A stretch of DNA of 64,000 nucleotides from Lingula anatina (GCA_051362555.1 CM120647.1:682001-746000), one strand, 5' to 3'. Positions 13,555 through 26,668 are shown, counted from the first letter of the stretch. The notes: generated from the letters alone by a model not told the origin. Program-made: numbers and translations.

Positions 13555-16500
13555 TTTTTATGTACAGACACAGATGTGTCTGTACATATAGCCATCACCT
13601 GCGTCTGTCATCGCCGTTGTTGCCATCGTCGCTGTCGTTGCCGTCGTCGCCGTCGCCGCCGTCGCCGTGCACTTTTACCGATAACACGATAAGTGGAAAA
13701 CCGTTTTTTCTTTTGGCTTGAAACTTACAGAACTGATGAATATTCATAAAACGCAGGTCAAGTTCGAAAATCAGCATGATCGGGCCATTTTTGGGGAATT
13801 TATGCTGTTTTTTCACTTTTTTCAGCATTTATGCAGCACCGATAACACGATAAGTGGAAAACCGTTTTTTCTTTTGGCTTGAAACTTACAGAACTGATGA
13901 ATATTCATAATACGCAGGTCAAGTTCGAAAATCGGCATGATCGGGCCATTAATATTGAAGAAATGCAGTTTTTTCACTTTTTTCAACATTTATGCAACAC
14001 CGATAACACAATATTTGAAAAACCATTTTACCTTTTGACTCGAAACTTACAGAACTGATAAATATTCTTAATACGCAGGTCAAGTTCGAAAATCAGCGTG
14101 ATAGGAACATTTTCATGGAAGTCAGCTGTTTTTTCACTTTTTTCAGCATATATGCAACCCTGATAACATGATAAGTGAAAAACCGCTTTACTTTTTGGCT
14201 TGAAACTTACAGAACTGATGAATATCTATAATACGCAAGTCAAGTTCGAAAATTGGCATGATCAGAGCATTTTTATAAAAGTTTTGCTGTTTTTTCACTT
14301 TTTTTCAGCATATATGCAACACCTATAACACATTTTAAGGAAAATCGATTGCCCAATTGTCTTGAAATTCACAGTAGTGATCAGTGTTACTGAAATACAG
14401 ATTAAGTTTTGAAAATAAGCTTGATCAGTAAAGGTTTGGTGAAGTTATGCCTTTTTTTGTATATAAGTGTTTTTTTTTCCTCAAATTTAATTCTCAGGCA
14501 TGCTATCAATCTCATTTTTGAACTAATTATATATGTTAAGTTGTTCTTTTGACATTTTCTGCATCTTAACAACATTGTTATTAGTTGATTATAAAAAAAT
14601 GATGGTAAACCTGATATTGTGTATTGTTTAATAAGTGTCAAAAATGGAAAAAAAAACACATATCTTTACAGTTTGTCAGATTCAACCATTCACTATGTTC
14701 AGAATTTCAGAATGGAGCAAGTTGGACATTTATAAATGTTCTGTTGATATTTTTGCTTTTACAACTTATTTTTTGATTGATCATATAAAAATTACAGTAA
14801 ATTGATTATTTTGCTTTATGTAAAAAAGGTGTTGAAAATGGAAATAAACTCTTTCAATACAGTTTTCACTTGTTTACATTTTGGGATTTTTAAAGTATGA
14901 CTCTGAACTCTATAGGCTAGTCACATTTTCTGAATATCCATGATACTTTTATTTATAATTAAAAAATTTATGGTTTTTATGCTGTTAAGCATTGTGTAAT
15001 ATTGCATCAAAATTGAACAAAACCCTATTCTGGGCACTTCCTCCGTAGTGGTGGTGAAAGGAAAACCATGTCACTTGCTCTTCTCACACTTACAGGAAAG
15101 AAACATAGGACTGAAATACAGCTTCAGTTGAAAAATTGTCTCATTAGTTTATTGTTTGGAAGTAATACAGGTTTTTTTGTGAAAATTTTTATCTTTCACA
15201 TGTTGCAATTTTCAGTGTGGGACTTAGAGCTCCCTTGGGCATGAAGCCTAGTGGTAATCAAATTTTCTTAATGTCCATGTTTTTAATAGTAGATATTTTA
15301 AAATTGGTGGTATTTAATTAGTTAATCATTATGTAATGTTGCATCAAAATTGACAAAAAGCCTACTTTGTGCTCTGCTATCATTAATATTATGTAAAGTA
15401 AAGTGTTACTTTCTATTTTTTTACTATTCTTACAAAAATGATTCTTAGGATTGACATACAGCTCATATTAGAGAACCAGCTCTATTGGATTATCATTTTT
15501 ATTAAATTTATGAATTTTTTGTGAAATTTTCATTTTTCTCATTCTGGCACTTTCTAATTGTAAACTTGAACTCTGATGGGCCTGGAGCCTTATGCTTTTA
15601 CTTTCATCAGTGTTACCTGTACGTTGTGCATAATTAAAATTTGATGTTGACTGTGCAGTTAAACATAATGTATTATTGCATCAGAATTGGTAGTCTCCTG
15701 TTTTATTTTGTGCATTATTGTTTTCTGCTTTTCTTAAGGTGTGACTTATGGGCCTGAAGACCTTTGATAGACAAATTTGTGTGGTCAGTCTGTAAATTCC
15801 CCTTGGGTATTCACTAGGCTAATTTCAGTGCTATAAACTCATTTGCCTAATTAAGCGGCCATTAAATGAAATTTCATAAAGCACACTTGTTGATATTTCC
15901 CTGTAAACTCCCAAAGGTTAAGCTCTCTGCTAGATAACATAGTGTCCATAATAAGGAAGCAGTGAATAGCAGCTTCATTGGAATTATATTTTTGTTGTTT
16001 TCTTTTTAATTTTTTCTCCAACACTGGCATTTTTAAGATGTGATTTTTAACTCCCATCCACCTGAGGCTCTGCACATTTTCAGTATTTCCACATAAGCAG
16101 TTGTATTGGTATTCAGGCCTACCCAACTACCAGACTCGGCACCTAAGGATCCTGAATTAACCGGTATATCGGACCACACTACCCGTTTTCAAGGTGTGTG
16201 TCAGATCGCATTTCGGAGTATCAGCCAGAACACCGACAGGATGAGCCCTGGCATGTTCGACTGTCACCTTGATTGGATAGTAAACGATTGTCGTAAAACT
16301 GCTATATGATTTTAAAACCGGGTGCATAAATTTGAAAGCACTAGATGAACCTTAGACTGCCACATTAATCTAATACAATGCAAAAAAGCCCTAACAAAAG
16401 TGGTTAAAACATTCAAACCGAATGTCGTAAAGTCCCCAATGAAATAGAGTACTCTAAAGTAAGAGTACAGTTTATGGTTGTTCAGCCGAGCGTGGACGAG

Positions 16501-17082
16501 CCCGCAGTCGTGCTACAAAATGTGTTCTGGGGTATGATACTCCGAAATGCGATCTGACACACACCTTGAAAACGGGTAGCGTGGTCCGATATACCGGTTA
16601 ATTCAGGATCCTTAGGTGCCGAGTCTAGTAGTTGGGTAGGCCTGGTATTTATGTCTTTAAACATGCTGTAATATTATTTTATGCACTGTCATCATTTTTC
16701 ATATATTGGAACTTTCATCATGTGAATTTTAACTCTCATGGTCATGAAACTGTAATCTTATTGAAGGGGATTGATTGAGACCATTTTCTGGGTCTCCTGG
16801 AAGACAGTCAGATTTTAAAGTTTATATTTACGGGTTTCTGTTGGAAGACCATCAAAATGGAGGATGGATCAACAAAGATACTTTGGAATACTGTCAGAAA
16901 ATATCTCTGGATCTGCTCCTGTTATTGACCATGTTACCTGTTGTGCATGATTAAAAATCAGTGTTGACTGACTGTGCTATTATAAGCATATATTATTGCA
17001 TCAAAATTGACAAAATGACCTATATTGCATCTTGTTTTTAATGTTTTTTGTCTGTACATTTGACAGCTTTGCTGCCTTGTTT
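13555..17082 (+). mobile_element. Complete HINE family A copy
   Basis: 5' hairpin head, gtc microsatellite, about five 161-bp units, long internal region and canonical 3' end at 17050-17082. Confidence 0.85.
16114..16644. mobile_element. MITE with ~110-bp TIRs (CAGGCC..GGCCTG) and 5-bp TSD GTATT, hAT5-like
   Basis: Near-perfect inverted repeats. GTATT at 16109-16113 and 16645-16649. Absent from the paralogous HINE site near 5715. Confidence 0.85.
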
Positions 17083-17304
17083 ATAGTGTATATCACATCT
17101 CTGTTAATATATTACTGATGTATGATAGGTTTTGTCAGCTGATGTTTTTGAATCGTTTTATTCACAAACTAAAAAGGCCATCATTATCACTTTTAGTTTG
17201 AAGTTCAATCTCTCAAATAGCCACTACTATAGTGCTATGTTTAGTATCCGGCTCGTCAAATTTGTTATTGTGAGTGAACATAAATTATTCATTTTTTTTT
17301 CCAG

Positions 17305-17372
17305 TGGGGATGCCATATAAAACATGCTGTCGCTCTAGCATCATATTGGACATACCCGGTAAAAGGGGCTGA
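17305..17372 (+). CDS. Candidate terminal exon of the FN3 gene (VGMPYKTCCRSSIILDIPGKRG*)
   Basis: Strong acceptor tttttttttccag|, open in phase 1 to TGA. It is followed by non-repetitive AT-rich UTR-like sequence with AATAAA motifs near 18170 and 18713. No homology support. Confidence 0.3.
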
Positions 17373-19411
17373 ATAACTTCACATGCAAACTCTGGGATAA
17401 AGATGGATTACATTGCTTGGCAAATGTAAACCAGTCTAAATTGACTTGAATCCTCTAGCTGCAGGGATGGATTTTTGAAGATCAAATACCTTAGTGTACA
17501 TACAAACTTAACAAACCTTGTTTATATAACAGGGGCAGTATTGTTATTCATTTTGAATGGAATGATGGACTTTCACAACTATATTTAATCACCTTTATGG
17601 CCTTTGCAGAGATTCATTTGCAACCTTTTTGTCCCTTATGGGAGTGGCATGACTGTTTTGCTTTCAGTGAGATCAATGTTAAAAGTAGGTCCATGTACAT
17701 TCTACAAGCATTGGACATTTGTAAATAAAGTAATCCAGTGCTGTCGAGGGCTTAATTGCTTCATTCTTAAGGTTATCATAATTACTAAATTTAAATTATT
17801 AACTCCAGCGTATTGCAATATAAAAATTCCTACTTCTGTTTTTTTGAAAATATTCTTCAATCAGTGTTGGCTACAAACTTCCATTTTCACTATTTCCCTG
17901 ATGCAGATGTCAAGAACTTTATATAGTTATCCACTCTTTTTCATTTTTAAATTGTCAATTTATATTACTGTCTTTGGGATTTAAAGAGATGCTTGTCTAA
18001 ACATGCCACTGGATGCAAAATACACCTATTAAAGATATTGTTCATTTTTGATTGTTCTTCATTGACTGGTCATTTCATGAGATCCGTTTGAACAACAAAA
18101 GGTTTACAACTGCGACTAATTTTTCTTTATAAATGTTTTACTATTAAACTTCATTTATAAAGAAGTAAAATAAAACCAATTGACATTTCATTTACTGATG
18201 GATGGCATATCATAACATTAGACTTGCCTGCACCTTTGTTTTGATTTCACTAAATATATATTAACTAATTCAAAAGGCTTGAGTTTGATCATAAAGTTGA
18301 TTTTCTTCATTTATTTACTTATGAAAATGATGCTATAGAAACTAATGGATAGCATTCACAAAATGTAAGTTTCATTGTGATCAGACCTGACTTAAATGAC
18401 AGGAAAGATGACAAAAGAAAGTATTAAAATGGACAACATATAAGTTGAAATTTTCACAAAATCATTGCATTTTATTGACAGTTATACACAAATGCAACAA
18501 ACTTGTATTTGTGATCTGAGTAAATGATATGAAAAACAGGTGTCATATAGTTATTTAAAAAAGTCACTACAGTAACATAAGAATGATACTAGCAAGAAAA
18601 ATAATTTTCTTCATAAAATCATTAATGCAGTACAATACATAGGCCTATATATATATATATATATACCGGTATATATATATATATTCATAAAACCAAATAT
18701 TTCATTTTAAAGTAATAAAGAAAATGCCTGATACTGTAAGTGACACCCAGACAAAAATTCCATCTGTTGACTCCTGATATAATTAAGTAAACAACATAAT
18801 AACGAAGGACATAAGAGATTAATATACACTGAGCAATCTTCAACATCTGATTATCCTGACCACATGACTCTCACAGTTCTTGCCTGGTTCAATAACATGT
18901 GCTGTGTCTGTCATGCTCTAAAATAAATAAAAAAGAACTCTAACTCTAATTTTTACCTTACTTGCAATTATCATAACTGAGCACCCGGCATGGAATGTTA
19001 CAAATGCAACTGGACATCGTGTTTACAGTACTTAATACCAGTAGGTGTGGAAGGTTCACCAATACGTATTTCATAATCAGGTACACGTTATATGGAGATA
19101 GGAATGGTACAAGCAAATTTGTCTGATATAGTTACTGTAAAGGACTATTAATCACAAGTACTAGGCTGTATTACATTAATAAATCATGGTGTCCTGTAAA
19201 CATACACACAAAACTTACTTATTAATATGCCCCCCGACCGTTGATGATACGGGCTATACGGTGATGCCATGGAGCCAGTGACGTGCTTTCTTTCTACAAA
19301 ATACTGCGACCTGATCTGTACTTTAAATATGTCGGCACTTTGTCCTTTCAATCTAATCAAGCTCAACTTATCTTTCTTCACTTGACTTCTCTCGCCAGTC
19401 GTGTCCGTCAT

Positions 19412-20029
19412 CCATGGTCATTTTCCTGGTTTTCTTGCTTAACTTTAACTGCAATGCACCCTATGACACAACATTAGTAATTCGCCATTGTGTTCCTCTA
19501 TTTCAAATTACATGACAACGCCAAATTTTACTCAATGCAATCCTATAACATAGACTTGTGCTCGACCGCAAGAGAAGTTTCAATGGCAGATTTTAACCCC
19601 ACCTCTCGTGAAATCTCGCTCCAATCCAGGTCTCGTTTGACGTCATTTGCTGCGCAGATTTTCAAAATAGGCTATCCCAGACATTCCCTATTGTCTGATG
19701 CGTTCAGGGCTTATGCTGGCCCATGGTCATTTTCCTGGTTTTCTTGCTTAACTTTAACTGCAATGCACCCTATGACACAACATTAGTAATTCGCCATTGT
19801 GTTCCTCTATTTCAAATTACATGACAACGCCAAATTTTACTCAATGCAATCCTATAACATAGACTTGTGCTCGACCGCAAGAGAAGTTTCAATGGCAGAT
19901 TTTAACCCCACCTCTCGTGAAATCTCGCTCCAATCCAGGTCTCGTTTGACGTCATTTGCTGCGCAGATTTTCAAAATAGGCTATCCCAGACATTCCCTAT
20001 TGTCTGATGCGTTCAGGGCTTATGCTGGC
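19412..20029. repeat. Tandem duplication of 309 bp
   Basis: 19412-19720 is repeated at 19721-20029 with no differences seen. CCA microhomology at the junction. Confidence 0.92.
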
Positions 20030-20048
20030 CCAAGCATGAAACACTGAA

Positions 20049-20214
20049 CAGGCCCGTAGCCAGAAATTTCAAAAGGGGGGTTCTTTTTCTGAAAAAGTGG
20101 ACCTTTTACCATGAAACTTCCATGTACCTTAATTAAATTTCACTCAGAGGGGACCTTTTCCCTGCAAAAAGGGGGGTTCTTTCGAACCCCGGAACCCCCC
20201 TGGCTACAGGCCTG
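20049..20214. mobile_element. Short MITE CAGGCCCGTAGCCAG..CTGGCTACAGGCCTG, 5-bp TSD CTGAA, hAT5-like
   Basis: TIRs and TSD read directly. It interrupts or abuts the Tc1 remnant. Confidence 0.85.
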
Positions 20215-20219
20215 CTGAA

Positions 20220-21671
20220 TATAACAGAGTTTGTTTGCTGGTTGGACGGGCATTTGTCTAAAGTTTTGACATATCATTCCACATGTTTTCTATAATGTTT
20301 GCATCTGGACTCTGGGCAGGTCAAATCAACCTGCGAGTGCCCTGTTGGTCAAACCAATCATCAACTGCTCTGGGCCTGTAACAAGGAGCATTGTCATGAT
20401 CCTGGTGAAGAAATGGATAATTCCTGTCACCAAACATGTTAGTAATAGATGGTAGCAAGCCTGACATCGATATATTTCTAGTGATTCATGTTTCCATCGA
20501 CCACTATCAACTCGCCCACGCCATGGATGCTGATGCAGCCCCACACCATAATAAATATGCTAGCTGGTTTGAAAATTCAGTGCATGTGGTTCAAATGCTT
20601 TACCCGTCTGTCATCAGTGTTCAGACCAAAGCGACACTCATCAGAAAAAATTATATAGGACCAATTGTCATGGACTGTCCAGTTCCAGATCCTGTTGACC
20701 CTAGTTCACTCTACATTGCCTGTTTTGTAACAATATAAGAGGTTTCAGTCATGCTACCCTGCTGTACACTCTCTGAGCATGTAACCGAAGCTTAGCAATT
20801 TTCACTGACACATTGTTGTGTGAAATTGTTCCACTGTGTTGTCAACTGACAAGCAGTATCAAACTTTGACCACCTGGACATCAAAATCAGTTGTCGGTCT
20901 TCACGGCCAGTAGTTTTTCTTGGACGACCCATCAGAGGCAATATGTCTCTTGATCCAGTGTTTCTATACTGAGACCAGACCCTCTGCACGGTTATGACTG
21001 AACAATTCAATTGTATCAATATTCTGACATTGCTTATATTCCGCCTTTTCAGGTTAATAACTTGACGCCTTTAAAGGTACATACGAACCGAGCATCAGTG
21101 GAGTGTGGATTCCGAGGAACACATGTAAACCACTTCTACTATATTCTTATATGACTCCAATAAATTCGACATACCAAGGGATAAACTGAATAGATCACTC
21201 GATCAGCCATAAAAGACCTTTAGACTGCTCCTTTCTTTAAATTTATGGTTGTAAATTTAACCTACTTCCGTGACCTACTTTCCTGCCCCATTGACATACA
21301 GCTTAGAATGCCAGCAGAAAAATCTGTTCAAACATCATTTTCGGGTAAAATTAAACAATGCCTTTTGGTAATTCTTTTAGTTATACTACTTGGAACTAGT
21401 CTATATGCTGGCATTTGGTTGGTTTTTGTGACAAAAAATTGACTTTGTATGCATCTTTAACCGTAAGATAATTGCCTGTATCTTGCCAAATCGGAGGAAG
21501 ACAGGAATAACATTTGCTGTACATGTACAAGACCAACAATACAACTCCATGGTATAGCGGTTTTATACTCATTAGTCACATTATAAGTAGACCAGGCATT
21601 ATAACTACCCAAGATCTACCTACTTTTAATACTCTGATTTAGGGGGTGACACTTCTATTGTCCAGTGTGTG
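20220..21671 (-). mobile_element. Degenerate Tc1/mariner transposon (transposase pseudogene plus left TIR)
   Basis: Frameshifted transposase fragments GRPRKTTGREDRQLI, IMVWGCISIHGVGEL and QDHDNAP. Terminus cacacactggacaa flanked by TA at 21672-21673. Confidence 0.85.
21075..21456. mobile_element. Kolobok-like non-autonomous element with TTAA TSD
   Basis: TTAA at 21071-21074 and 21457-21460. Termini aggtacatacgaa / tttgtatgcatct. Absent from the second Tc1 copy near 24690. Confidence 0.7.
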
Positions 21672-21689
21672 TACATTATTGTAACTCCA

Positions 21690-22435
21690 AAATTGCAAAA
21701 TTTAGTCCCTTATGTCTCCAAAACTGGCAGAGATAGGTTATTATTGAATTTGAATAGGAAGTCATATACTGACAATTTAACTGTGACCTTGAAATTGACC
21801 TTTGACCTACTTTTTACCATGAAATGAACTTTGGAACATTAAAGTCCCTTATATCTCGAAAACTGGCGAAGAAACGCCCACAGGTACTATTGAACTTGAA
21901 TAGGAAGTCATATGTCGACAATCTAACTGTGACCTTAAAATTGACCTTTGACCTTCTTTTCACCATAAACTGAACTTTGCAACTTTTTAAATGTTTAGAC
22001 TCCGTTCACATAAAAAGTCTATTTTCTAAAAATCTATTTTCTATTCATGGTATCTAGTAATCACGGTCCCTGTGCCCTGAATATCCCGAGAATTAATTAC
22101 AGCTTTGGAAGTAACTGGCCATGATTACAAGATATTGCGAATAGAAAATAGATTTTAAGAAAATAGACTTTCCATGTGAACGAAGCCTTATACTTTCAAA
22201 ACTGGCAAAGATACGTCCATAGTTACTATTGAATTTGAAAAGAAAGTCATTAGAGTCAATTTAACTGTAACCTTAAAATTGACACCTGACCTACTTTTCA
22301 CCATGAACTGAACTTTGCATATTTTCATTCCCTTTTATCTCCAAAACTGGCAGAGACAGGTCCATAGTTACTATTGAACTTGAATAGGAAGTCATACCGG
22401 CAATCTAATTGTGACCTTAAAATTGACCTTTGAGC
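21690..22435 (+). repeat. Diverged ~146-bp tandem repeat (ctgtgaccttgaaattgacctttgacc family)
   Basis: Motif recurs at 21781, 21927, ~22265 and ~22410. Same family at 36850-38520. Confidence 0.8.
21998..22187. mobile_element. PIF/Harbinger-like MITE, TSD TTA
   Basis: About 50-bp imperfect TIRs with TTA on both sides. A related half-element lies at ~44270-44360. Confidence 0.75.
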
Positions 22436-22591
22436 TACCGTCCTAATATTATGTATGTATTCCCACTAACGGTGATAGGAAGTCATACCGGCAATCTAAT
22501 TGTGATAGGTGCTGTCGTACTGTTGTTAATGCACATGACCTGGGTTTTGGTGGTGCTGATGGCAAGTCCCGCTTGTGCAGCAAAGCTACTC

Positions 22592-24047
22592 AGACAACAT
22601 CCATGCAGAAATGCTGAAAGCTGATGTTGGCATGGCCACAAACTTGCTGACTGACCTCTTCAGTACCATCTGGGAGAAGGACACGATACCAGACGATTGG
22701 ACAAAGGGTCTCATTGTAAAGCTCCCCAAGAAAGGCAACCTCCACGAATGTGACAACTGGCGTGGGATCACTCTCCTATCCATCCCCAGCAAGATCTTCT
22801 GTCGAGTTCTGCTGAAGCGTATTGACCGAGCCATTGACTCCAGACTCAGAGAGGAGCAAGCAGGTTTCCGGAAAGGCAGGGGATGCATTGACCAGATCTT
22901 CGCCCTGCGCAACATCATCGAGCAGTGCCTGGAGTGGAACACGCCTCTTTACATCAACTTTGTCGACTTCAAGAAAGCCTTTGACAGTGTGCACCGGGAG
23001 ACATTGTGGAAAATACTGCTGTCATATGGTGTACCACCTAAAATTACCACTCTAATCAGCGTGTTTTACAACCACTTCCAATGTAGTGTTATCTTGGACA
23101 ATACCCTGACGGAGTGGTTCCCAGTGGATTCAGGTGTACGTCAAGGCTGTATCTTGTCCCCAATTCTCTTCCTTGTAACCATCGACTGGGTCATGAGGAA
23201 AACAACATCCGACAAACCCAGAGGCATCCAATGGACTCTTCTATCCCAGCTAGAAGACCTTGACTTTGCTGATGACCTTGCCCTCCTGTCCTCCAAACAC
23301 AGCCATCTCCAGGAGAAGACTGACCGTCTGAGTAGCTTTGCTGCACAAGCGGGACTTGCCATCAGCACCACCAAAACCCAGGTCATGTGCATTAACAACA
23401 GTACGACAGCACCTATCACCGTTAGTGGGAAACCACTTGAGTCTGTCAATGACTTCACATATCTGGGCAGTCTAATCAGCAAAGGCAACGGGGCTCAGAA
23501 GGACATCAGGGCAAGACTTGGCAAGGCCCAGAGTTCATTCGCTAGACTCCGCACAATCTGGAAGTCAGAGCAGTACAGCTTACACACCAAAGTCCATCTT
23601 TACAACAGCAATGTGAAGTCTGTTCTGCTCTACGGGTCTGAATGTTGGAGAGTTACAAAGTCTGACATGAGCAGAGTAGAGTCCTTCCATAACAGGTGTC
23701 TCCGCAGGATCTGCCGCATATTCTGGCCAAATAAGATCTCCAATCATGACCTGTACATACTGACAGGGAGCCAGAGTATTGTAGGGCAGATCAAGCGACG
23801 GCGATTTAAATGGCTCGGCCATGTACTTAGGATGGACGAGAACAGAGTACCAAAGGTAGCTCTGAGATGGACACCACCCGGAAAAAGAAAGAGAGGAAGG
23901 CCCAAGACCACCTGGCGCCGAACAATGATGGCAGAGCTGAGGGAGGGGGACCTTACATGGGGACAGGCCCAGCACGTAGCCAGAGACAGGGCCAAATGGA
24001 AAGAAGTGACTGTGGCCTTATGTCCCACGCGGGACGAAGAGCAATGA
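22592..24047 (+). CDS. Reverse transcriptase of a 5'-truncated RTE-clade (BovB-like) LINE
   Basis: Uninterrupted ORF with NWRGITLLS, EEQAGFR, FVDFKKAFDSV, GVRQGCILSP, FADD, YLGS and the RTE C-terminus WLGHVLRM..GKRKRGRPKTTW. (TGA)n tail at 24045-24056. No APE endonuclease. Confidence 0.93.
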
Positions 24048-24304
24048 TGATGATGATACATTTATTCCGTCAACCATAAGAAGTTTAGATGCAATTATAA
24101 CGACAGAAAATACAATAGAGGGAGTGTGATAATGATAGGGTCGCTAAACGAATTTGACGGAAAATAGTGACTAGCCTAATCCCCTGGTCGCCTGGGTAGG
24201 CACGCCCCCCTTGGAGTACTTATGTAAACAAAAGGTCTTCTATAGAAAACTATTCTTTTGTTCAACAGCTTTGCGCGTGCAGCGGATTATATTTGTAGTG
24301 ACAC

Positions 24305-24903
24305 TATATAGCTAACTGTAGTTTACTCTACGTTGCCTGTTTTGTAACGATATAAGAGGTTTCAGTCTTGCTACCCTGCTGTACAGTCTCCGAGCATGTA
24401 ACCGACGCCTAGCAATTTTCACAGACACATTCTTATGTGTGAAATTGTTCCACTGTGTTGTCAACTGACAAGCAGTGTCGAACTTTGACAACCTGGACAT
24501 CAAAATCAGTCGTCGGTCTTCACGGCCAGTATTTTTTCTTGGACGACCCATCAGAGGCAATTTGTCTCTTGATCCAGTGTTTCTATACCGAGACCAGACC
24601 CTCTGCACGGTTCTGACTAAACAATTCAATTGTATCGATATTCTGACATTGCTTATATTCCGCCTCTTCAGGTTAATAACTTGCACCTATAACCGTTAGA
24701 TATTTGCCTGTATCTTGCCATATTGGAGGAAGACAGGAATAGCATTTGCTGTACATGTACAAGACCAACAATACAATTCCATGGTATAGCGGTTTTATAC
24801 TCATTAGTCACATTATAAGTAGATCAGGCATTATAAGGACCCACGATCTGCCTACTTTTATTACTCTGAGTTAGGGGGTGGCACTTCTTTTGTCCAGTGT
24901 GTG
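24305..24903 (-). mobile_element. Second truncated copy of the Tc1 element
   Basis: Transposase N-terminus (VRTVQRVW..GRPRKNTGREDRRLI..ARLKPLIS). Same TIR ending at 24903 followed by TA. Confidence 0.85.
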
Positions 24904-25084
24904 TAGTAGCTAAAGTACACTGTATATCAAACCTCAGTCCAAAGTATGAAAGGTTTAAAGTCATGATAACTCTTCGTTTTGGCCAAAAATTGGATTTTCC
25001 TGGAGTACACAGCAATTTTCCTGTACTTACCAATGGTCAGCGACCCTATTCCTGCATTCAAAGTTAGTCCAGGTTTTTTTTCCT

Positions 25085-25450
25085 AATCGTTTGGTTTTTT
25101 TGTTAAAATCTCTTAAGATTTATAACAATAAACATAGATTTATAACAATAGATTTATTAACAATGCATAGTCATGCGATATCGAGCGATAGTTTCTGGTG
25201 ACCTACTAAAAACCGCGGGAAAAGCAGACAACAACAATGCTATATAACATTAATATAAAATTTATAAGATATATTTGTCTTATTGCTCAAATTGCATTTA
25301 TTTCTACAATGTGTGCAATTCTGGGCTTTCGTTATCAGACGCACTGTACAAAAACTTACGTCTGCATATCCCACCAACGCGTTTGGCGCCAGAAGTTATT
25401 TTCGTCTCGTATGAACGCGAGTATCTGCGTGACACCCTTACGTGAACACT
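25085..25450 (+). repeat. Interspersed repeat family C (gttaaaatctc..gagattttaac hairpin head)
   Basis: Inverted homologue at ~58600-58935 and another head fragment at ~56795-56830. Confidence 0.7.
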
Positions 25451-26135
25451 GAAAAGCGGAGTACAATAATTAACTTTCTTAAACTTAGTCATAAAAGGGA
25501 TTATGAACTTCTTTGTCTTAAAATCAATTCATTTCGAATTTAAAAGAAGCCGTTTTTTTTAAGGAGGCATGGGAGGGGGAGACATAGTTAACCTCTGGTG
25601 ATTCATTAAAGCTGGGTAGTGTTTAACTTTCAAATATGTAAAGCATATGTCATAAAAACACTATAATAAATTTTTTGTTACAATTTGTAACATTTGTTCA
25701 TTTATATAGCAGGGCGAAGTTAACGCCAATGGTAAATAGTAACTAATACCGTAATCCTTCTTGTCCATTTATTTCAATCGTATCAAAACGTTTGATACAC
25801 AATGTTCATAGATGTCATAATTTTGTCGATGTATTGATACCATATTTGTACAAAGTGGGTTAACATGAGTTAGGCAACAACCAGTATGAAAATCAACTGT
25901 CTTTTTAAGTGAGGCAAGACAACCTCTTCACTCTGATTATAACCTTGATAAAGAGATTATGTTACAAGGCAAAGGAGTTGTGTAAAGTTCTATCAACTCG
26001 TGTGTGAAAACAACACATTCTCGGTCACTTTTACAAGACAATGGAGGCGAGCAAGTAGAGTAATTGCAAGTGATGTGCACGAACCTAGCATGTTTAAATT
26101 CTTGAATTTCTAATTTGTAAAATCTTTCATACACG

Positions 26136-26668
26136 TGTAACCGAGTGTTTTTTTTTTTTTTTTTTTTTTTTTTGTATTTTATAGCATGGCAACAAAGTTG
26201 ATTAGTTTTTCAATAGTTAACGTTTATTCAGTTCAATTATGGCATATAAAGTCATATGTAATAAAATGACATATAAAATGAATGGCATATATAAGGCCCC
26301 CTGAAAAAGTACAAAGAGTATATTTTAATAAGGCCTATTTCATAAAGCTACATACATACATACTGAAACTGAACGTGAGACAAATATCGGTATCATAAGA
26401 CAACTACTAGTGCTTACTCTGTAACAACAAGATAGTGCTTGTATTCTCTTATATAATGTTATCTTTTATAATGAATAACTCTGAATATGATACATTATAA
26501 GTAAATACTAACCCTGACAGACAAATTAGGAAAAAAGCCTAGAGCACAACACACGTGTCTCTTCGTCTCTCCACACACAGTGAATGAATACTAAGGTCGA
26601 ATTCACCGCGTGACTTCCGGAGTTACCAGAAATTACGTATATTCATGAGTGTCTTATCACTTGTCACA
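26136..26668 (-). repeat. 3' LTR of the Gypsy element
   Basis: Direct repeat of 35023-35537 with a handful of substitutions and a T run of 26 instead of 6. PPT (aggaggggagaa on -) at 26669-26680. Confidence 0.97.

Noticed and set aside
16106-16664. Two convergent ORFs with near-identical peptides
   Set aside because: They are the two TIRs of one MITE read on opposite strands.
18780-19194. Possible minus-strand exons (acceptor near 19194, donor near 18962)
   Set aside because: All three frames contain stops and I recognise no domain. At best a decayed pseudogene.
22586-24061. Antisense and alternate-frame ORFs over the RTE
   Set aside because: Shadow ORFs of a GC-rich coding sequence.
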